A stretch of 60,003 bases of DNA from Octopus bimaculoides. Taxonomy: Eukaryota. The notes below the pieces were generated by a model. The model saw nothing but the letters and a program-made list of their open reading frames with translations. It did not search any database and was not told the DNA's origin. The translations under genes and the position numbers were made by a program. The DNA lies in assembly GCF_001194135.2 (NCBI RefSeq), contig NC_068993.1, positions 22,882,723-22,942,725 of the forward strand, given 5' to 3'. Every line of letters starts with the position of its first letter. Within the stretch, counting starts at the first letter, position 1. Of this stretch, positions 1 through 13,765 are shown one piece after another.

Positions 1-68
<68 letters not shown>
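1..68. repeat. (GT)n microsatellite
   Basis: Pure GT run at the window start. Confidence 0.95.
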
Positions 69-73
<5 letters not shown>

Positions 74-329
74 ATCACACTTCATTACTACTGTTAAAAT
101 GTAGCAGAGAACAGGTTCTTATGTGTGTTGTGCGGTTGGTGACAGAACTGCTGACATCACGAAGGCTGCTTGGTAAGTTTACTTTTGGCTGCACTCTGTG
201 ATGAAAAACAAATGCGTGGACTATATATAGACGCAGAGTTAGCTGCAACCAAATACGAAAACTAAACTTAAAGCAATGGGACAGATATATGAATGAATAA
301 CTGTCACAATAGTAGGTGGCAATACCAGA

Positions 330-1200
330 GAATTTAATGTTTCTTTAACCGTAAAGATGAATTCTGCTTCTGCCAAAGTATTTCCAGACTGTTCAATTTA
401 ATCATGATTGCATGTAACCCAAGTCAGCAGCACCCATTCATTGACAATAAATCCTGAACTCTGGGCTGGTCCACGACATATAGTGATTCCCTGATTCACG
501 CAGCTGATTTCAAAGAAGCCTATAGCAGTGTCAGAATTACTGGGTGCCTTCGTGAATGATGAGTAGGAATGGTAAGTTATCAGACGCCTCAAAATAGTAG
601 CTAATCCAATAGGTCTCCAAAGTGTGATTCTATCAAATGTATCTACGATATTTGTATTTGGAACAACAAATACATCACAGCGTACAATCACATGCAGAAC
701 TTACCACAATTAAACTAGTTTCATGTTGGGTTACGGAAACACTGTCAAATGCAAGATATTGCTAGATCACTTTAAGGTTCCACCACTACAGTATATAAAC
801 AAGTATCGCATAAACTATTTTGTCGCTCTCTCATGTTAAGAATTCTGCGACCTTTACTGCCATTGTTCCTTTTCTTAGGATGAGGCTAAATATATATTTT
901 TGATGGCCCATGGATACAGAAATTCCTGAAGTACATGAAATAAATCAAGGCGGTCAGTGAGAACGACAGGGTAGCTTGGAATAGTTTTGTCACCATTATT
1001 CGTGTTTCACTGAAGATTCACAAGCAAAAAAAAAGTAAGTTGTAAATCTCGTGAACAAGTTCAATGATGTAGGCTGCATGATAACCAAGAAAAATCTGGA
1101 AACTTTACATGATACATTCAAGAATACCAAAAGTGTGTGTATTAAGACGAATAACATGAACAGTTCTATCAGGATATAGATTCTTCGGACGCTACAAACA
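330..1200 (+). mobile_element. Possible highly decayed Mutator/MULE transposase remnant
   Basis: Frameshifted + strand peptides RLFNLI..., PRHIVI, IHAADFKEAYSSVRITGC resemble the MULE P-x-x-I-V-I-D...GC-x-FH region; many stops. Confidence 0.3.
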
Positions 1201-2719
1201 AGCAACGCATAATGAAAAGATGATGTGCGATGATATATATATGGGGGACTGATACGTAAATGTGATTCAAAGTATAATCGTAGATTTCTAGAAAGATTTA
1301 TTTATAATTTTAAGCATTTGTCCATACTCTTGTATAACGTACATAGACATATGAATACGCGCTATATTGGATTCGTAAGTTCCTCTTTGTGTATTTTCAG
1401 ATCCTACTTCAAGAATATATGCAAATTTAACCACTGTCACGTCAGAAATAGGTATATTTTAAAGTATCATTATCTACAAAAGCAAGATTTAGAGGAAATA
1501 ATAGCAATTTTCTATACTTTCCACCTATTACGTAGCATTCACAGTCCAGAAACAACACGTGGAATTGTCTTATGGCAGTAGAGAATAGATACTCCCAGAA
1601 TCATCCATTATTTTATCCAGTTATACTGAGTAATCCCACAAAACAAAAGTACCAGATTCTGAATTAGCAGGCGATCAGTAAATCGAGAGAAATGAATTAG
1701 GCTCAAATACACTGTAACTAAATATCAACGGTTAACAGTCTTATAAATGCACACGTACATTTAAAAAACGATTTAAGGAAATTAAGGGATAGCTATAACG
1801 GTAACATGGTTAAATAGCACATGGCCATAAAGCTGATTAACACAGAATTCAGTCCATCGTGTATTGTAGAAACTAATTACAACCTTCCTTTCAATCAGTG
1901 TATTTATCAAACGTTTCTTTGGAGTATTACGTAAAACTACATTTTCAAATTCTGATATTGAATAGCACAAGAGGTTGTTCTTACTTTGGTATATCTTAAG
2001 TAAATGTGTTACAGATCATTGTAAAAACAAAAGGGTTTATCATCGAATGATACTGAATTATAAATAAATGAGCAAGTAAGAAAATACACCAGAAATTCTG
2101 ATAAACACATAAGATTTACTCCATAGATATTGTGAAAATAGATACAACTTGTCATTTATTCGCAGATGATATCTTTAGGTTAAATACTTTTGGAACTTAT
2201 GCTCGACAGTTAGGTGAAGTGAGGCATATATGATAGTGTGTCCAATATAGAAAGGCGGTGCCACTCAAATAGAGGACTGGGATTCACGTACAATGCATTG
2301 GTAATCCGAGCAGAGTCGATATTAATTTCAATATTTAGGCAATCAGCATTTGAAAAAAAGAAGGAAAAAAAAACACTTTTACGGACACTATTTGAATTTA
2401 ATACAGCAAATTTATAAAGCAAGTACCAACCACTCAACGTTCAAATTACTGATAGTGTAATACTTATAAAATGCATTTATAAATGCATTTAGAGATATGC
2501 AGATTTCATTACAGGCTTCATGAAAACGCCACGGAAACCCAACGTTAGGGATATTGCATAAACATTTTATTTTTACTTAGTTTGCAAATTAGCCAACATA
2601 TTTACCTACTTGCAGACTACGCTTTCTCTGTAACTTATGACAACAAATATTTAATTAGTAAAATTATAGTTCCAGGGTGATTTGTTTTTTATTACTAGTG
2701 TATCGTAGAAACGTGTGTG

Positions 2720-2753
<34 letters not shown>

Positions 2754-4061
2754 NNNNNNNNNNNNNNNNNNNNNNNNNNNNNNNNNNNNNNNNNNNNNNN
2801 NNNNNNNNNNNNNNNNNNNNNNNNNNNNNNNNNNNNNNNNNNNNNNNNNNNNNNNNNNNNNNNNNNNNNNNNNNNNNNNNNNNNNNNNNNNNNNNNNNNN
2901 NNNNNNNNNNNNNNNNNNNNNNNNNNNNNNNNNNNNNNNNNNNNNNNNNNNNNNNNNNNNNNNNNNNNNNNNNNNNNNNNNNNNNNNNNNNNNNNNNNNN
3001 NNNNNNNNNNNNNNNNNNNNNNNNNNNNNNNNNNNNNNNNNNNNNNNNNNNNNNNNNNNNNNNNNNNNNNNNNNNNNNNNNNNNNNNNNNNNNNNNNNNN
3101 NNNNNNNNNNNNNNNNNNNNNNNNNNNNATATATATATATATATATATATAATATATGTATATATGTATGCGTGGGTGTGTGCGTATTCACACACACACA
3201 CTCATAAACAGACATATATATTTGCATAAATACATACATCATAGATACAGCATACATATATACGTAACTCTGTTGCGCACACAAACAGATATTTTGTATT
3301 AAAAAAGCCCGCATGTGTGTGTATACTAAATTATTACTTAAATTATTGGCTTACTGATTGAATTTGTTAGAAAATTTATCGAATCCAAATTTTTCTTGTC
3401 ACCATGAGACGGCAGTTTTTAAACAAACATTTTATCTTTACTTTTATCTTTCCTATGGAAATACTCTTCAAGAACAATTATAGAATATTGGCAAACACAT
3501 AAATCAATTACCGATATCTGAGTTAATGGAATTCTTCAAGCGCACATATATTATTATATATGCATGAATAAATATGTGAACACATGTAAATACGTAGGTT
3601 CTTCAGGATGTGTTATTTAATGATTTGTTCCCAACAGAAGAAGAGCCCGTTTCCAACTCAAAAACCAAGGCTATGTTATTGGAATTAAGACAACATAAAT
3701 AGAAAGTCAGGTACATATGCAAATCATGTATGCAAGCATATGCATATAAACATGTCAAAACATGAGAATTACTGTTTTTACATACACATAAATGTATTAC
3801 AGAGAGAGAAAGAGAGAGAAGGAGGGAGACGAAGAGAAAGAGAGAGAGAGAGAGAGAGATGTTTGTGAATGTATACAGGGGTACATATGTACATTACAGG
3901 TTAAACTCTTGGAATATTTTGCTTGTTTTCATCGATCCATTAATGGATTGCAATTTACATTTCCTATTAACCGTGACTTCGTTGGTTTTCTGAAACGAAG
4001 CTTCTCGAATTTTAGCTGGGACATGTTAGCTACATAACTAACTCCAATATACTCCAATAAT

Positions 4062-4092
<31 letters not shown>

Positions 4093-4735
4093 TATATATA
4101 TATGCATATATCTATATATCTATATCTATATCTATATATATNNNNNNNNNNNNNNNNNNNNNNNNNNNNNNNNNNNNNNNNNNNNNNNNNNNNNNNNNNN
4201 NNNNNNNNNNNNNNNNNNNNNNNNNNNNNNNNNNNNNNNNNNNNNNNNNNNNNNNNNNNNNNNNNNNNNNNNNNNNNNNNNNNNNNNNNNNNNNNNNNNN
4301 NNNNNNNNNNNNNNNNNNNNNNNNNNNNNNNNNNNNNNNNNNNNNNNNNNNNNNNNNNNNNNNNNNNNNNNNNNNNNNNNNNNNNNNNNNNNNNNNNNNN
4401 NNNNNNNNNNNNNNNNNNNNNNNNNNNNNNNNNNNNNNNNNNNNNNNNNNNNNNNNNNNNNNNNNNNNNNNNNNNNNNNNNNNNNNNNNNNNNNNNNNNN
4501 NNNNNNNNNNNNNNNNNNNNNNNNNNNNNNNNNNNNNNNNNNNNNNNNNNNNNNNNNNNNNNNNNNNNNNNNNNNNNNNNNNNNNNNNNNNNNNNNNNNN
4601 NNNNNNNNNNNNNNNNNNNNNNNNNNNNNNNNNNNNNNNNNNNNNNNNNNNNNNNNNNNNNNNNNNNNNNNNNNNNNNNNNNNNNNNNNNNNNNNNNNNN
4701 NNNNNNNNNNNNNNNNNNNNNNNNNNNNNNNNNNN

Positions 4736-4770
<35 letters not shown>

Positions 4771-4774
<4 letters not shown>

Positions 4775-5130
4775 CGCAGGAGTGGATATGTGTTAAGAAG
4801 GTTGCATTGCGGGTTCAGTCCCACTGCGTAGCACCTTAGCCTCAAGTTGAACAAAGCCTTGTGAGAGGAAACTGAAAGAAGCCCGTCGTACATATATATG
4901 TATGCGTGTGTATGTCAGTATGTGTATATGCATTTCTGTATCTGTATGTGCTCCCATCATCGGTTGACAACAGATGTCTGTATGTTTACGTCCCCGTATT
5001 TAGTTGTTTGGCAAAACAGACCGATAGAATAAGTACTAGGCTTACAAAGAAGAAGTCCGGGGGTCGATTTGTTCGACAAGAGTTTGTGCTCCAGCTTGGC
5101 CGCAATCAAATGACTGAAACAAATATAAGA
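4771..5130 (+). mobile_element. Octopus-type tRNA-derived SINE, internally deleted
   Basis: Head GGCGCAGGAGTGG...GGGTTCAGTCCCACTGCG; body caaagccttgtgag...gaaactgaaagaagcccgtcg; tail gatagaataagtactaggctt...tgactgaaac. Head matches the inverted copy at 11941-12092. Confidence 0.8.
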
Positions 5131-6324
5131 ACAAATGAATAAAAGAATATGTATATAATCCGGTTGAAGATTTATTTATAATCAAGTAATCTATGCATTT
5201 GAGCATATAGCTGATTGAATTAGAATGAAAGTACAAGGGTGTTTTTATTTTACATTTGTGAGAGTAAACACAAAATTTAAGCATTAAGAGTAAGTGTATA
5301 TGTATATATTATATTATATTATATTATATATNNNNNNNNNNNNNNNNNNNNNNNNNNNNNNNNNNNNNNNNNNNNNNNNNNNNNNNNNNNNNNNNNNNNN
5401 NNNNNNNNNNNNNNNNNNNNNNNNNNNNNNNNNNNNNNNNNNNNNNNNNNNNNNNNNNNNNNNNNNNNNNNNNNNNNNNNNNNNNNNNNNNNNNNNNNNN
5501 NNNNNNNNNNNNNNNNNNNNNNNNNNNNNNNNNNNNNNNNNNNNNNNNNNNNNNNNNNNNNNNNNNNNNNNNNNNNNNNNNNNNNNNNNNNNNNNNNNNN
5601 NNNNNNNNNNNNNNNNNNNNNNNNNNNNNNNNNNNNNNNNNNNNNNNNNNNNNNNNNNNNNNNNNNNNNNNNNNNNNNNNNNNNNNNNNNNNNNNNNNNN
5701 NNNNNNNNNNNNNNNNNNNNNNNNNNNNNNNNNNNNNNNNNNNNNNNNNNNNNNNNNNNNNNNNNNNNNNNNNNNNNNNNNNNNNNNNNNNNNNNNNNNN
5801 NNNAATTCTTTACCAATGGTTCCTCTTTCTCTCTCTTTTTCTTTTGGTTATGCAGATATAATCCTCTAACGACACACAATATGGTATATATAAGAATTCT
5901 GTACAATTCAAGTTATTTCAGGAAATTAATTTTATCCGTCATTCTGATGAGTCAGATTTGGCCTGTCTCGTTTTAATGTTACTTTCAGATTGATCAATCG
6001 TTGTATAATATTAAATAGTATGACAATATTGTTGAGACCGAATACAGAAGAAACAATAGTAAATTGATGTATTAAGAGGACTTGTTTTCTCCATTGTTCT
6101 TGTTTCTTGTTATGGAAACTCTGCGGATATGACTGGATTTTCAGACTTTTGCTTGAAAAAACAATCTTTACATTATTGTCTTGTCCTGTTGCCAATACCC
6201 ATGGATGAACTTAAACTCCAGTGTTAAAACCCAGATGAAATTACACGCACTCACACACACACGCACACACATACACACGTGCATAAATATACACGAACAC
6301 ACGCGCATATACATACATGCGAGA

Positions 6325-6452
6325 GAGTTTCCATCTCTTCGTTGGTTGGCCCGAAGATTTAGGAGACAACACATGCCAAAACGATACTCTGTGAGGATCG
6401 ATTCCACGCCATGTTTTTGCGAATTGAACTGCCTAACGCACAGCCACGGATG
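6325..6452 (-). mobile_element. Diverged tRNA-derived SINE head (same superfamily)
   Basis: Reverse complement gtggctgtgcgttaggcag...tcttcgggccaaccaa...ggaaact aligns loosely to the 11941-12092 head. Confidence 0.55.
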
Positions 6453-7521
6453 TATAAAAAGTGAATAAGCAGGAAATAATTGTATTTATTCCTTTTTACT
6501 TCAAAAGCATTGGTTTAGATAACTGAGGTACGATAGTGATGTATACAATGTTGTATACATTTTAAATGAATTGAAATTTGCTTATTAGATAGAGAGAGGA
6601 AACAAATGCCTAGTAGCACCTCTGAAAAGAGGGGAGAAAAGTTCAAGAAATCACGAACTAGTTCCATGCTCAGAGTAAAACAAATTTCTAAGCCTTGTTA
6701 GTCGGTCATGAATCAACTACAGACCTAATATAATTAGGCTCATCACTACAGGTTACTCATAATCAGCAGACACGGATTTATAGGAAGAGAAACAGATACA
6801 CAAGTAATTTCAGCCAGTATAATTCTCATAGTAGCGAAAATGAAGGCAAGGGAAGTAAACCAAATATGGAAATAGCATGAATTTCGATGATCCAAGTAAG
6901 TGGTACTAATTGACATTAGTACAATAATAGTTCTAAATGAATTAAAATTTGCCTCTTGAAATATTATGTAAAAACCCGGTAGCAATTGTTAGCGATTCTG
7001 CAAGGAAATGAGAGATAATTTTATAAAATTAGTAACCTAGAGGCAGTTTTAGGGAAATTAAATGGAGAACACTTCAGGCAGTTAAGAATGAATTTCGCAG
7101 AATATTGATTTTAATGCTAGGAATGTCATAAAAAAATTTGCCAGTAGGTTTTAAACGTTTGTAAATTATCTCCCATTCACTTTGAAATTCTCCAATAATG
7201 CCAGTAGAAATTTTTCAGTTTCTAAAAGACAACTATAAGGCAGATTCGAATTCATTTTCATGTTTATATACTTATATAAATACATTTACACTCAGAGAGG
7301 CACCAGTGTATATATTATTTAATATCATTCTGTTTCGTGTAGTGCTTTGTGAAGGTACATCAAAATGACCTTGGGCTGTTTCGCTAACATCATCTTTCTT
7401 ATGAAGTACTTCCTGCCTCACTCAACCAGTCTCCATTTTCTGCAAGAATGTTTCCATAGATGATCTTCCATAACAAGTTTCACGATTCCAAGAGAGAAAG
7501 AAAAAGTGAGGGAGAAAACAA

Positions 7522-7565
<44 letters not shown>

Positions 7566-8275
7566 AGAGAGAGAAGAGGAATAGAGACTACGGGAAGAAT
7601 CGCATCTAGAACTTTATTCTTGACCTATGTAAATTGAAAAGGAAAGTTGAAAAGGTGACAAAATCCGAATATAAATTCAGAAAGCAGAACAAAACTGCAG
7701 TATATTCTAACCATGTCGACAGTCGAATTTTCCATTAAAGGAAAGCTTACCAGTTCCCTGTCTTCTTCTCAGTCTGTCTGCCTGCCAGGATGTCTGTCAG
7801 TCTGTCTGTCTGTCAGCTTGTCTGTCAATTTATCTATATGCATGTGAGTGTGTGAGTATGTATGATANNNNNNNNNNNNNNNNNNNNNNNNNNTATATAT
7901 ATATATATATAGATAGATAGATAGATAGATAAACAGATAGATAGATAGATAGATAGATAGGAAGACAGAGGGTGCGTGTGTTTGAGACAGAGAGAGGGAG
8001 AGAGAGAAGGAGAGAAAGAGAGAGAAAGAACAAGAAAGAGTTAAAGTGTATGGTTATGTTTGCAGAGATAATATCATTTATGAATTTGTTGAAATAAATG
8101 AATTAAATTTGTGTAACGTGTTAATAGCTGCAATTGACGTCTGACAAACTAGAAATGTACACACATGTATGCGCATTTAATTATGTGTTCATACTTATAA
8201 ATATACATATATACATATACGCACAGACAAGTATACACACACACAAATTACACATACACTCCCTCTATATATATA

Positions 8276-8319
<44 letters not shown>

Positions 8320-8545
8320 AACACAAGCACTTGCACACGTATTTACATTTCTGAAGCAGTTAAATTGTAGCATCAGCCATTTACACTTTTCGTGAATTTT
8401 AATTTATTTATCACAATAAATGCACGCAGTTTTCATAATCTCATCTAAATACTTGCGATTTATATATTAAGTTACGCACTATCATATCTAAACACATAAC
8501 CGAATAAATAAAATCAGAGATACGCACAGAGAAAACACGTTCAAA

Positions 8546-8569
8546 TACACACACACACACACACACACA

Positions 8570-8655
<86 letters not shown>
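8546..8655. repeat. (CA)n microsatellite
   Basis: About 110 bp near-perfect CA run. Confidence 0.95.
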
Positions 8656-8658
<3 letters not shown>

Positions 8659-9419
8659 ACTAACACATAATGAATGCTACACGTGCACAAGCAATGAAAT
8701 AATTCTTTTTTTGACGATTTCAAATTTTCTTTCTCATTAGATTAATGTAATACATTTTTGTCATTTGACTATGGAGGATGATGTTTTCCAAAGACTGTCT
8801 AAGCTTTCCAATACACGTGGGATATGGATTGTCATGTGAAGTGAATTCGTTTAACTTTATATTCTTTGAATGTCAGCGTTCGAGAATGTATTCACCAATT
8901 CAGATCTCTAATATCTAATTAAGCTCGCACTCACTTGCTATTCATTGTGAAATCATAAAATGTGTGGATAAAAGTAGCGTGCAGTAAAATGTATGATATC
9001 TCTCTTGCAGTTCTGAAAGGCCGGTATTCTACACAACTCACCTAGAATTATGTACACACTTTTAGTACTTGCTAAATTTTGTTTTGTTATTGAGTTACTG
9101 TTAACACTGCTCAAACATATTTATCACGTGCATGTAGTTTGCTGAATATTAGTGCAGTTAACATTTTATCGCTTCAAAAATTCTGTGTTGTTCTTTTTTA
9201 GGGTCTGCAAATATCAGGAAGTATATCTCTGGCTTCTTTTAGTCTAATGTCATTCAGATCAACGCTACCCATTTTCTATTTCACTAAACAAACACAATTG
9301 ACGTCTGCAATTTAATTGTTGAATGTCAGGCCGTTTCTGAAGGACAATTGGTTACTATGGAACATGGTATCGTTTCTGCTACGTTCATCTTGTGAAGTCA
9401 ACCGAAATACTGCACCAGA

Positions 9420-9745
9420 CTTAAAAGTACTCCCATACATCTCCGCACACAAACCTAGAAACAATGAGGCCTTCAACATTATCATTCGAAATTAGCCATT
9501 CTCACAGGAGATAAAACAATGATAAAATTTGAGGCTCACAAAAAATTATCAAGAGCAAAATGCAACCGAAATCATTGAAAAAATATTAGCTAACGCAAGA
9601 CAATACCCATTAACAACGGAACCAAAAGTAACAATATGCGGGCGGCCTAACTGTGGCACATGCACCCACATTTTGGAGGATACAGAGTTCCACTTTAAAC
9701 AAGGTGAAATATTTAAGATAAAGCAAAGAATATATAAAGGGGCAA
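9420..9745 (+). mobile_element. Penelope-like element fragment (Cys-rich region preceding GIY-YIG)
   Basis: Peptide EPKVTICGRPNCGTCTHILEDTEFHFKQGEIFKIK has the C-x4-C-x2-C pattern typical of the PLE RT-to-endonuclease linker. Confidence 0.65.
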
Positions 9746-10080
9746 CTTTAATAAATATCATCCACAACTCAACATGAACGCACAACATAATACAGGACAC
9801 TACTAACCTTACCAATAATACCACTAATTTCCATACATCCCACGCGATTCATATTACAGTAGTTATATCTACCCTAATTACATCAGTTCCAGAAATGCTT
9901 ACCTCTCTTGCATGTAATCTTTTCACTCAGGGACTATTAGATTCGATGCCGTTTGGAAATAGGCTCTTATTCAAAGTCAGTGAACAGCTTTTGACGATAC
10001 CTGTATGACCCTAAAGCTCTTTAACAATTCATAATAATGACTTTTATACCTCTTAATTCAACCTCAGTTCATCTAATTGT

Positions 10081-10113
<33 letters not shown>

Positions 10114-10487
10114 NNNNNNNNNNNNNNNNNNNNNNNNNNNNNNNNNNNNNNNNNNNNNNNNNNNNNNNNNNNNNNNNNNNNNNNNNNNNNNNNNNNNNNN
10201 NNNNNNNNNNNNNNNNNNNNNNNNNNNNNNNNNNNNNNNNNNNNNNNNNNNNNNNNNNNNNNNNNNNNNNNNNNNNNNNNNNNNNNNNNNNNNNNNNNNN
10301 NNNNNNNNNNNNNNNNNNNNNNNNNNNNNNNNNNNNNNNNNNNNNNNNNNNNNNNNNNNNNNNNNNNNNNNNNNNNNNNNNNNNNNNNNNNNNNNNNNNN
10401 NNNNNNNNNNNNNNNNNNNNNNNNNNNNNNNNNNNNNNNNNNNNNNNNNNNNNNNNNNNNNNNNNNNNNNNNNNNNNNNNNNNNNNN

Positions 10488-10534
<47 letters not shown>

Positions 10535-11499
10535 TCGTCCGCGAGCGTATGTTCCTTATGCATTCCAAAATTGGGTTTCCCATTTTCATGTATGGAGTAT
10601 CAAAATATTCAGTAACTTTTTGGCTACCAAATAAACTATATTTTCATTTACATATATTTTACGTTATCTCAACAACCAGCTATAGTTATTTGAAAGACAC
10701 AGCTCTAAAACGACCAGGTTTCCTTAGAAAGTTAAATAGTTTCACACTTTCAATTACAACCAAAATTACAAAGTGTTGCATTATGAGAGTGACGATTTTT
10801 CAATAATGAAAGTAATGTTTCGCCTAATTAGTCACATCTGTACTATAATAAAGAAAGTTGCTTATCATCTATAAGGTGATAAGGCTATAGAATTGTTTCA
10901 CTTTCATTCGTTCACTTTTAATTCTAATGTGATAACATTAAGATCATCTTCTTTCTATTATATTAGAAATAAATGAATAATTTACATCCTAATGTGAACA
11001 ACATTACGCAGCGGCAACTTTCCGTCTTTACAACCACCACAGCAGAATGGTGTGTCAGTGTATGTGATGATTGACATAACGATCGTCTGGATGTGAAACT
11101 CTTGACACAAGACAATGAGGTAGCAAGTCCAAGGTATATAAAAATGCATATTTACCGTTCAGTTATCAGTTAATAATTATCGCAGCAGTTGCAAGGCTGC
11201 AAGGTATTTGCAGTTACATATTTACCCTTAAATTAACATTTTATACTTGTGCTTAATATATATATATATAATAAGAAATTTCTCTATAATGAATATTGTG
11301 GAATTTACCGTTAAATTAGCAGTTCATACATGTGCTTCTATTTGGCTGATTTATACTGCATACAAAAATAAAAACATACCACATACATACAACTACTTAC
11401 AAAAATAGGGATGGATGTATAATTTCTTTCTGTGTTCATAATTTTTTGTGTACAATATTGAAAAGAATATACCACCAAATAAAATACATAATCTCTCCA

Positions 11500-11806
11500 G
11501 AAACAAGTATAAAGCAAGGAGGATTGTAGAAAACGGAAGACGAGAGTCTGAAGAGAGAAGTGAGATGAGGTTTTCTCAAGAACAGCAAATGCATGATGCA
11601 GCGCTTAATGCTGGATCATTAAATGAATGTTTTAATGTTTAGACAGAGGTCCAATAGAATAGCTCTCAGAAACAGACTACATACAAATTCCTTCCTCACA
11701 ACTCCTGAAGCTTTTTTCAGATATGATCCATCTCATTCTTATAAAAAATGTTCTGTCCAAATTGGTGTGCTAAACTGGCATACTTGGTGTGCTAAACTGG
11801 CATAAT
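11500..11806 (+). mobile_element. Probable Helitron N-terminal remnant
   Basis: ARRIVENGRRESEERSEMRFSQ (R/E-rich repeat) followed by EAFFRYDPSHSYK..VQIG.LN, similar to the Helitron AFNYDP..Y..VxIGxM zinc-finger prelude. Confidence 0.4.
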
Positions 11807-11940
11807 AGACTAACCTTCCTCAGAACGCATTACAGTGACAGAGAGCCCCGACCCGTCGTGTCGAGGTCCACGTGAATCCAAATAATTCAATGTATGCTGA
11901 AATATTTCTACATGCACCCCACACATATATAACGCGCATC

Positions 11941-12092
11941 AGTTTCCGTCTACCAAATCCATTCACAAGGCTGTTTTCGGCCCGAGGCTATAGTAGAAGA
12001 CACTTGCCAAAGGTGCTATACAGTGGGACTGAACCCGGAACCATGTGGTTGGTAGGCAAGCTACTTACCACAAAGCCACACCTGCGCCTATA
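11941..12092 (-). mobile_element. Octopus-type tRNA-derived SINE 5' half
   Basis: Reverse complement ggcgcaggtgtggctttgtggtaagtagc...ccgggttcagtcccactg...gcctcgggccgaa..gccttgtgaatggatttggtagacggaaact with box A/B-like motifs. Confidence 0.85.
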
Positions 12093-12108
12093 CAGCCACT
12101 TCTGCATC

Positions 12109-12166
<58 letters not shown>

Positions 12167-12176
12167 NNNNNNNNNN

Positions 12177-12230
<54 letters not shown>

Positions 12231-12845
12231 TATATATTCATATATATGTGTGTGTGTGTTTGTGTGTTTGTGTGTTTGTCTGTAAATGAAAAATACATAT
12301 TAAGTACAGGACATCACCAACGAGTAGAGTTTATCATTTTTAATATTTGTGTGTGTGATATATTAAAAATATTAAAAATGATAAACTCCATATAGATACT
12401 CAAGGTATTATAAAAAAACAACCCAATCACTACTCACTCGACTAGTTACTATCGCTCTATCCTGCATTTTATTAATACTATTTTTCTTCTTCTCCCCATC
12501 CCTCATCTTCTCCGTCATCTTCTTCTTCCTTTCCACCACCTCCTCCCTTACTTTATTACTACTACTGCTGTTTAGAATAACACCTACGCAAACATTATAA
12601 ACAATACAGTTCACTACGTCCATCAACAGGTCAATGTCAGGACATCCAACCATTTAACACTCTACAACTATCATAGCACTCCTTCTTCGAACCCACAAGA
12701 GTTAACAAGTGAAAGAGAGGCAGTCAGAAACAAGAAAAATGCCCCTGTTATTTGAATACTATACAAATATGTCTTTAAAAAGACTTTTCTTTTAAATTTA
12801 CCAAAATTTAATTTTTCAATAATTTTTCAAAAGTTTGTTACTCAT

Positions 12846-12889
12846 ATTTACTGTTGAAAAGATCTCAAGGATCGAAAACGGTTCTGTAA
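12846..12889 (+). ncRNA. Degenerate minimal hammerhead motif
   Basis: CTGTTGA (12851-57), aaa, stem II gatc/tcaag/gatc, GAAA (12874-77), acggttc; stem I is poorly formed. Confidence 0.35.
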
Positions 12890-12999
12890 TGTTCCTTATA
12901 AAAGTATTTTAGCATTTTCTACTTTGTCTTTTTTCCATTGACCGTTGACTGAACACTATTCAATTTTTTTTCTCCGTGTTTTTCTCCTTGTCTCCGTAT

Positions 13000-13036
13000 T
13001 CTTTCTGTTGAAGAGCGTAGCTCGAAACGTCAAAGA
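13000..13036 (+). ncRNA. Minimal type I hammerhead variant (PLE-type)
   Basis: Stem I tcttt/aaaga, core CTGTTGA plus extra A, stem II gagc-gta-gctc, GAAA, palindromic ACGT stem III, GUC triplet ending at 13031. Confidence 0.65.
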
Positions 13037-13500
13037 CTTTCCGTATTCCCGAGCGTCACACTAATATATCCTTTTGTTATTTACACCACCTGTCCTCGTC
13101 TGTTGTTATTATTTGTATATTCTCCCATATATATATATATGTATGTATATATAATTATAGTTGAAATTTACAGAAAAACAAAAAAATAATTATAATTAGG
13201 GCTTTTCCAGCGACGTCCATCCCGTTCCACGCAGGTATGTGTGTGTATATATGTTGGAGTGCACAAGGATATACGTATGTGTATGCATATATGTAGATAA
13301 ACATATGTTCATGTATGTGTTATTATGACTGTGTTTCTTGATCGGTGTATGTGTAAGTGTAAGTGTGCATCTGTGTAGATATATATATATATATATATAT
13401 ANNNNNNNNNNNNNNNNNNNNNNNNNNNNNNNNNNNNNNNNNNNNNNNNNNNNNNNNNNNNNNNNNNNNNNNNNNNNNNNNNNNNNNNNNNNNNNNNNNN

Positions 13501-13557
<57 letters not shown>

Positions 13558-13716
13558 ATATATACCCACATGGATTCCTTACATGGATGTTTACTGTTGG
13601 AATGGAACTATACTCGAAGTACCGTTTCTTCTTTGTTCTTTCTTCTACGCATCGCTCTCATTTCTTACTACAAATATCCTGTTATAGATGTAATAATCCA
13701 TTATTCTACTATTACC

Positions 13717-13765
13717 GTCTCCGATGAAGGGATACATGGAATTTTCCCTGAAACAGCTGTAAGAC
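13717..13765 (+). ncRNA. Minimal type I hammerhead variant with palindromic stem III
   Basis: Stem I gtct/agac, core CCGATGA (U4C), stem II aggga/tccct, GAAA, perfect palindrome ACAGCTGT (13753-60), GUA triplet. Confidence 0.7.

Larger units (their letters stand above)
12770..13120 (+). mobile_element. PLE-type 3' terminal (pLTR) sequence with two hammerhead-like motifs
   Basis: Non-coding, pyrimidine-rich tail containing CTGTTGA...GAAA cores at 12851 and 13005; a homologous decayed copy lies at about 51500-51690. Confidence 0.6.

Noticed and set aside
398-691. 97-aa minus-strand ORF
   Set aside because: No recognisable family; the + strand carries MULE-like motifs, so it is probably an antisense shadow.
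3597-3710. Open frame VLQDVLFNDLFPTEEEPVSNSKTKAMLLELRQHK*
   Set aside because: Weak acceptor, no recognisable homology and no partner exon.
6746-6985. Hydrophobic ORF with SLPINPCLL, resembling a GPCR TM7 motif
   Set aside because: Motif imperfect, upstream frame closed, and hydrophobic ORFs are common in AT-rich DNA.
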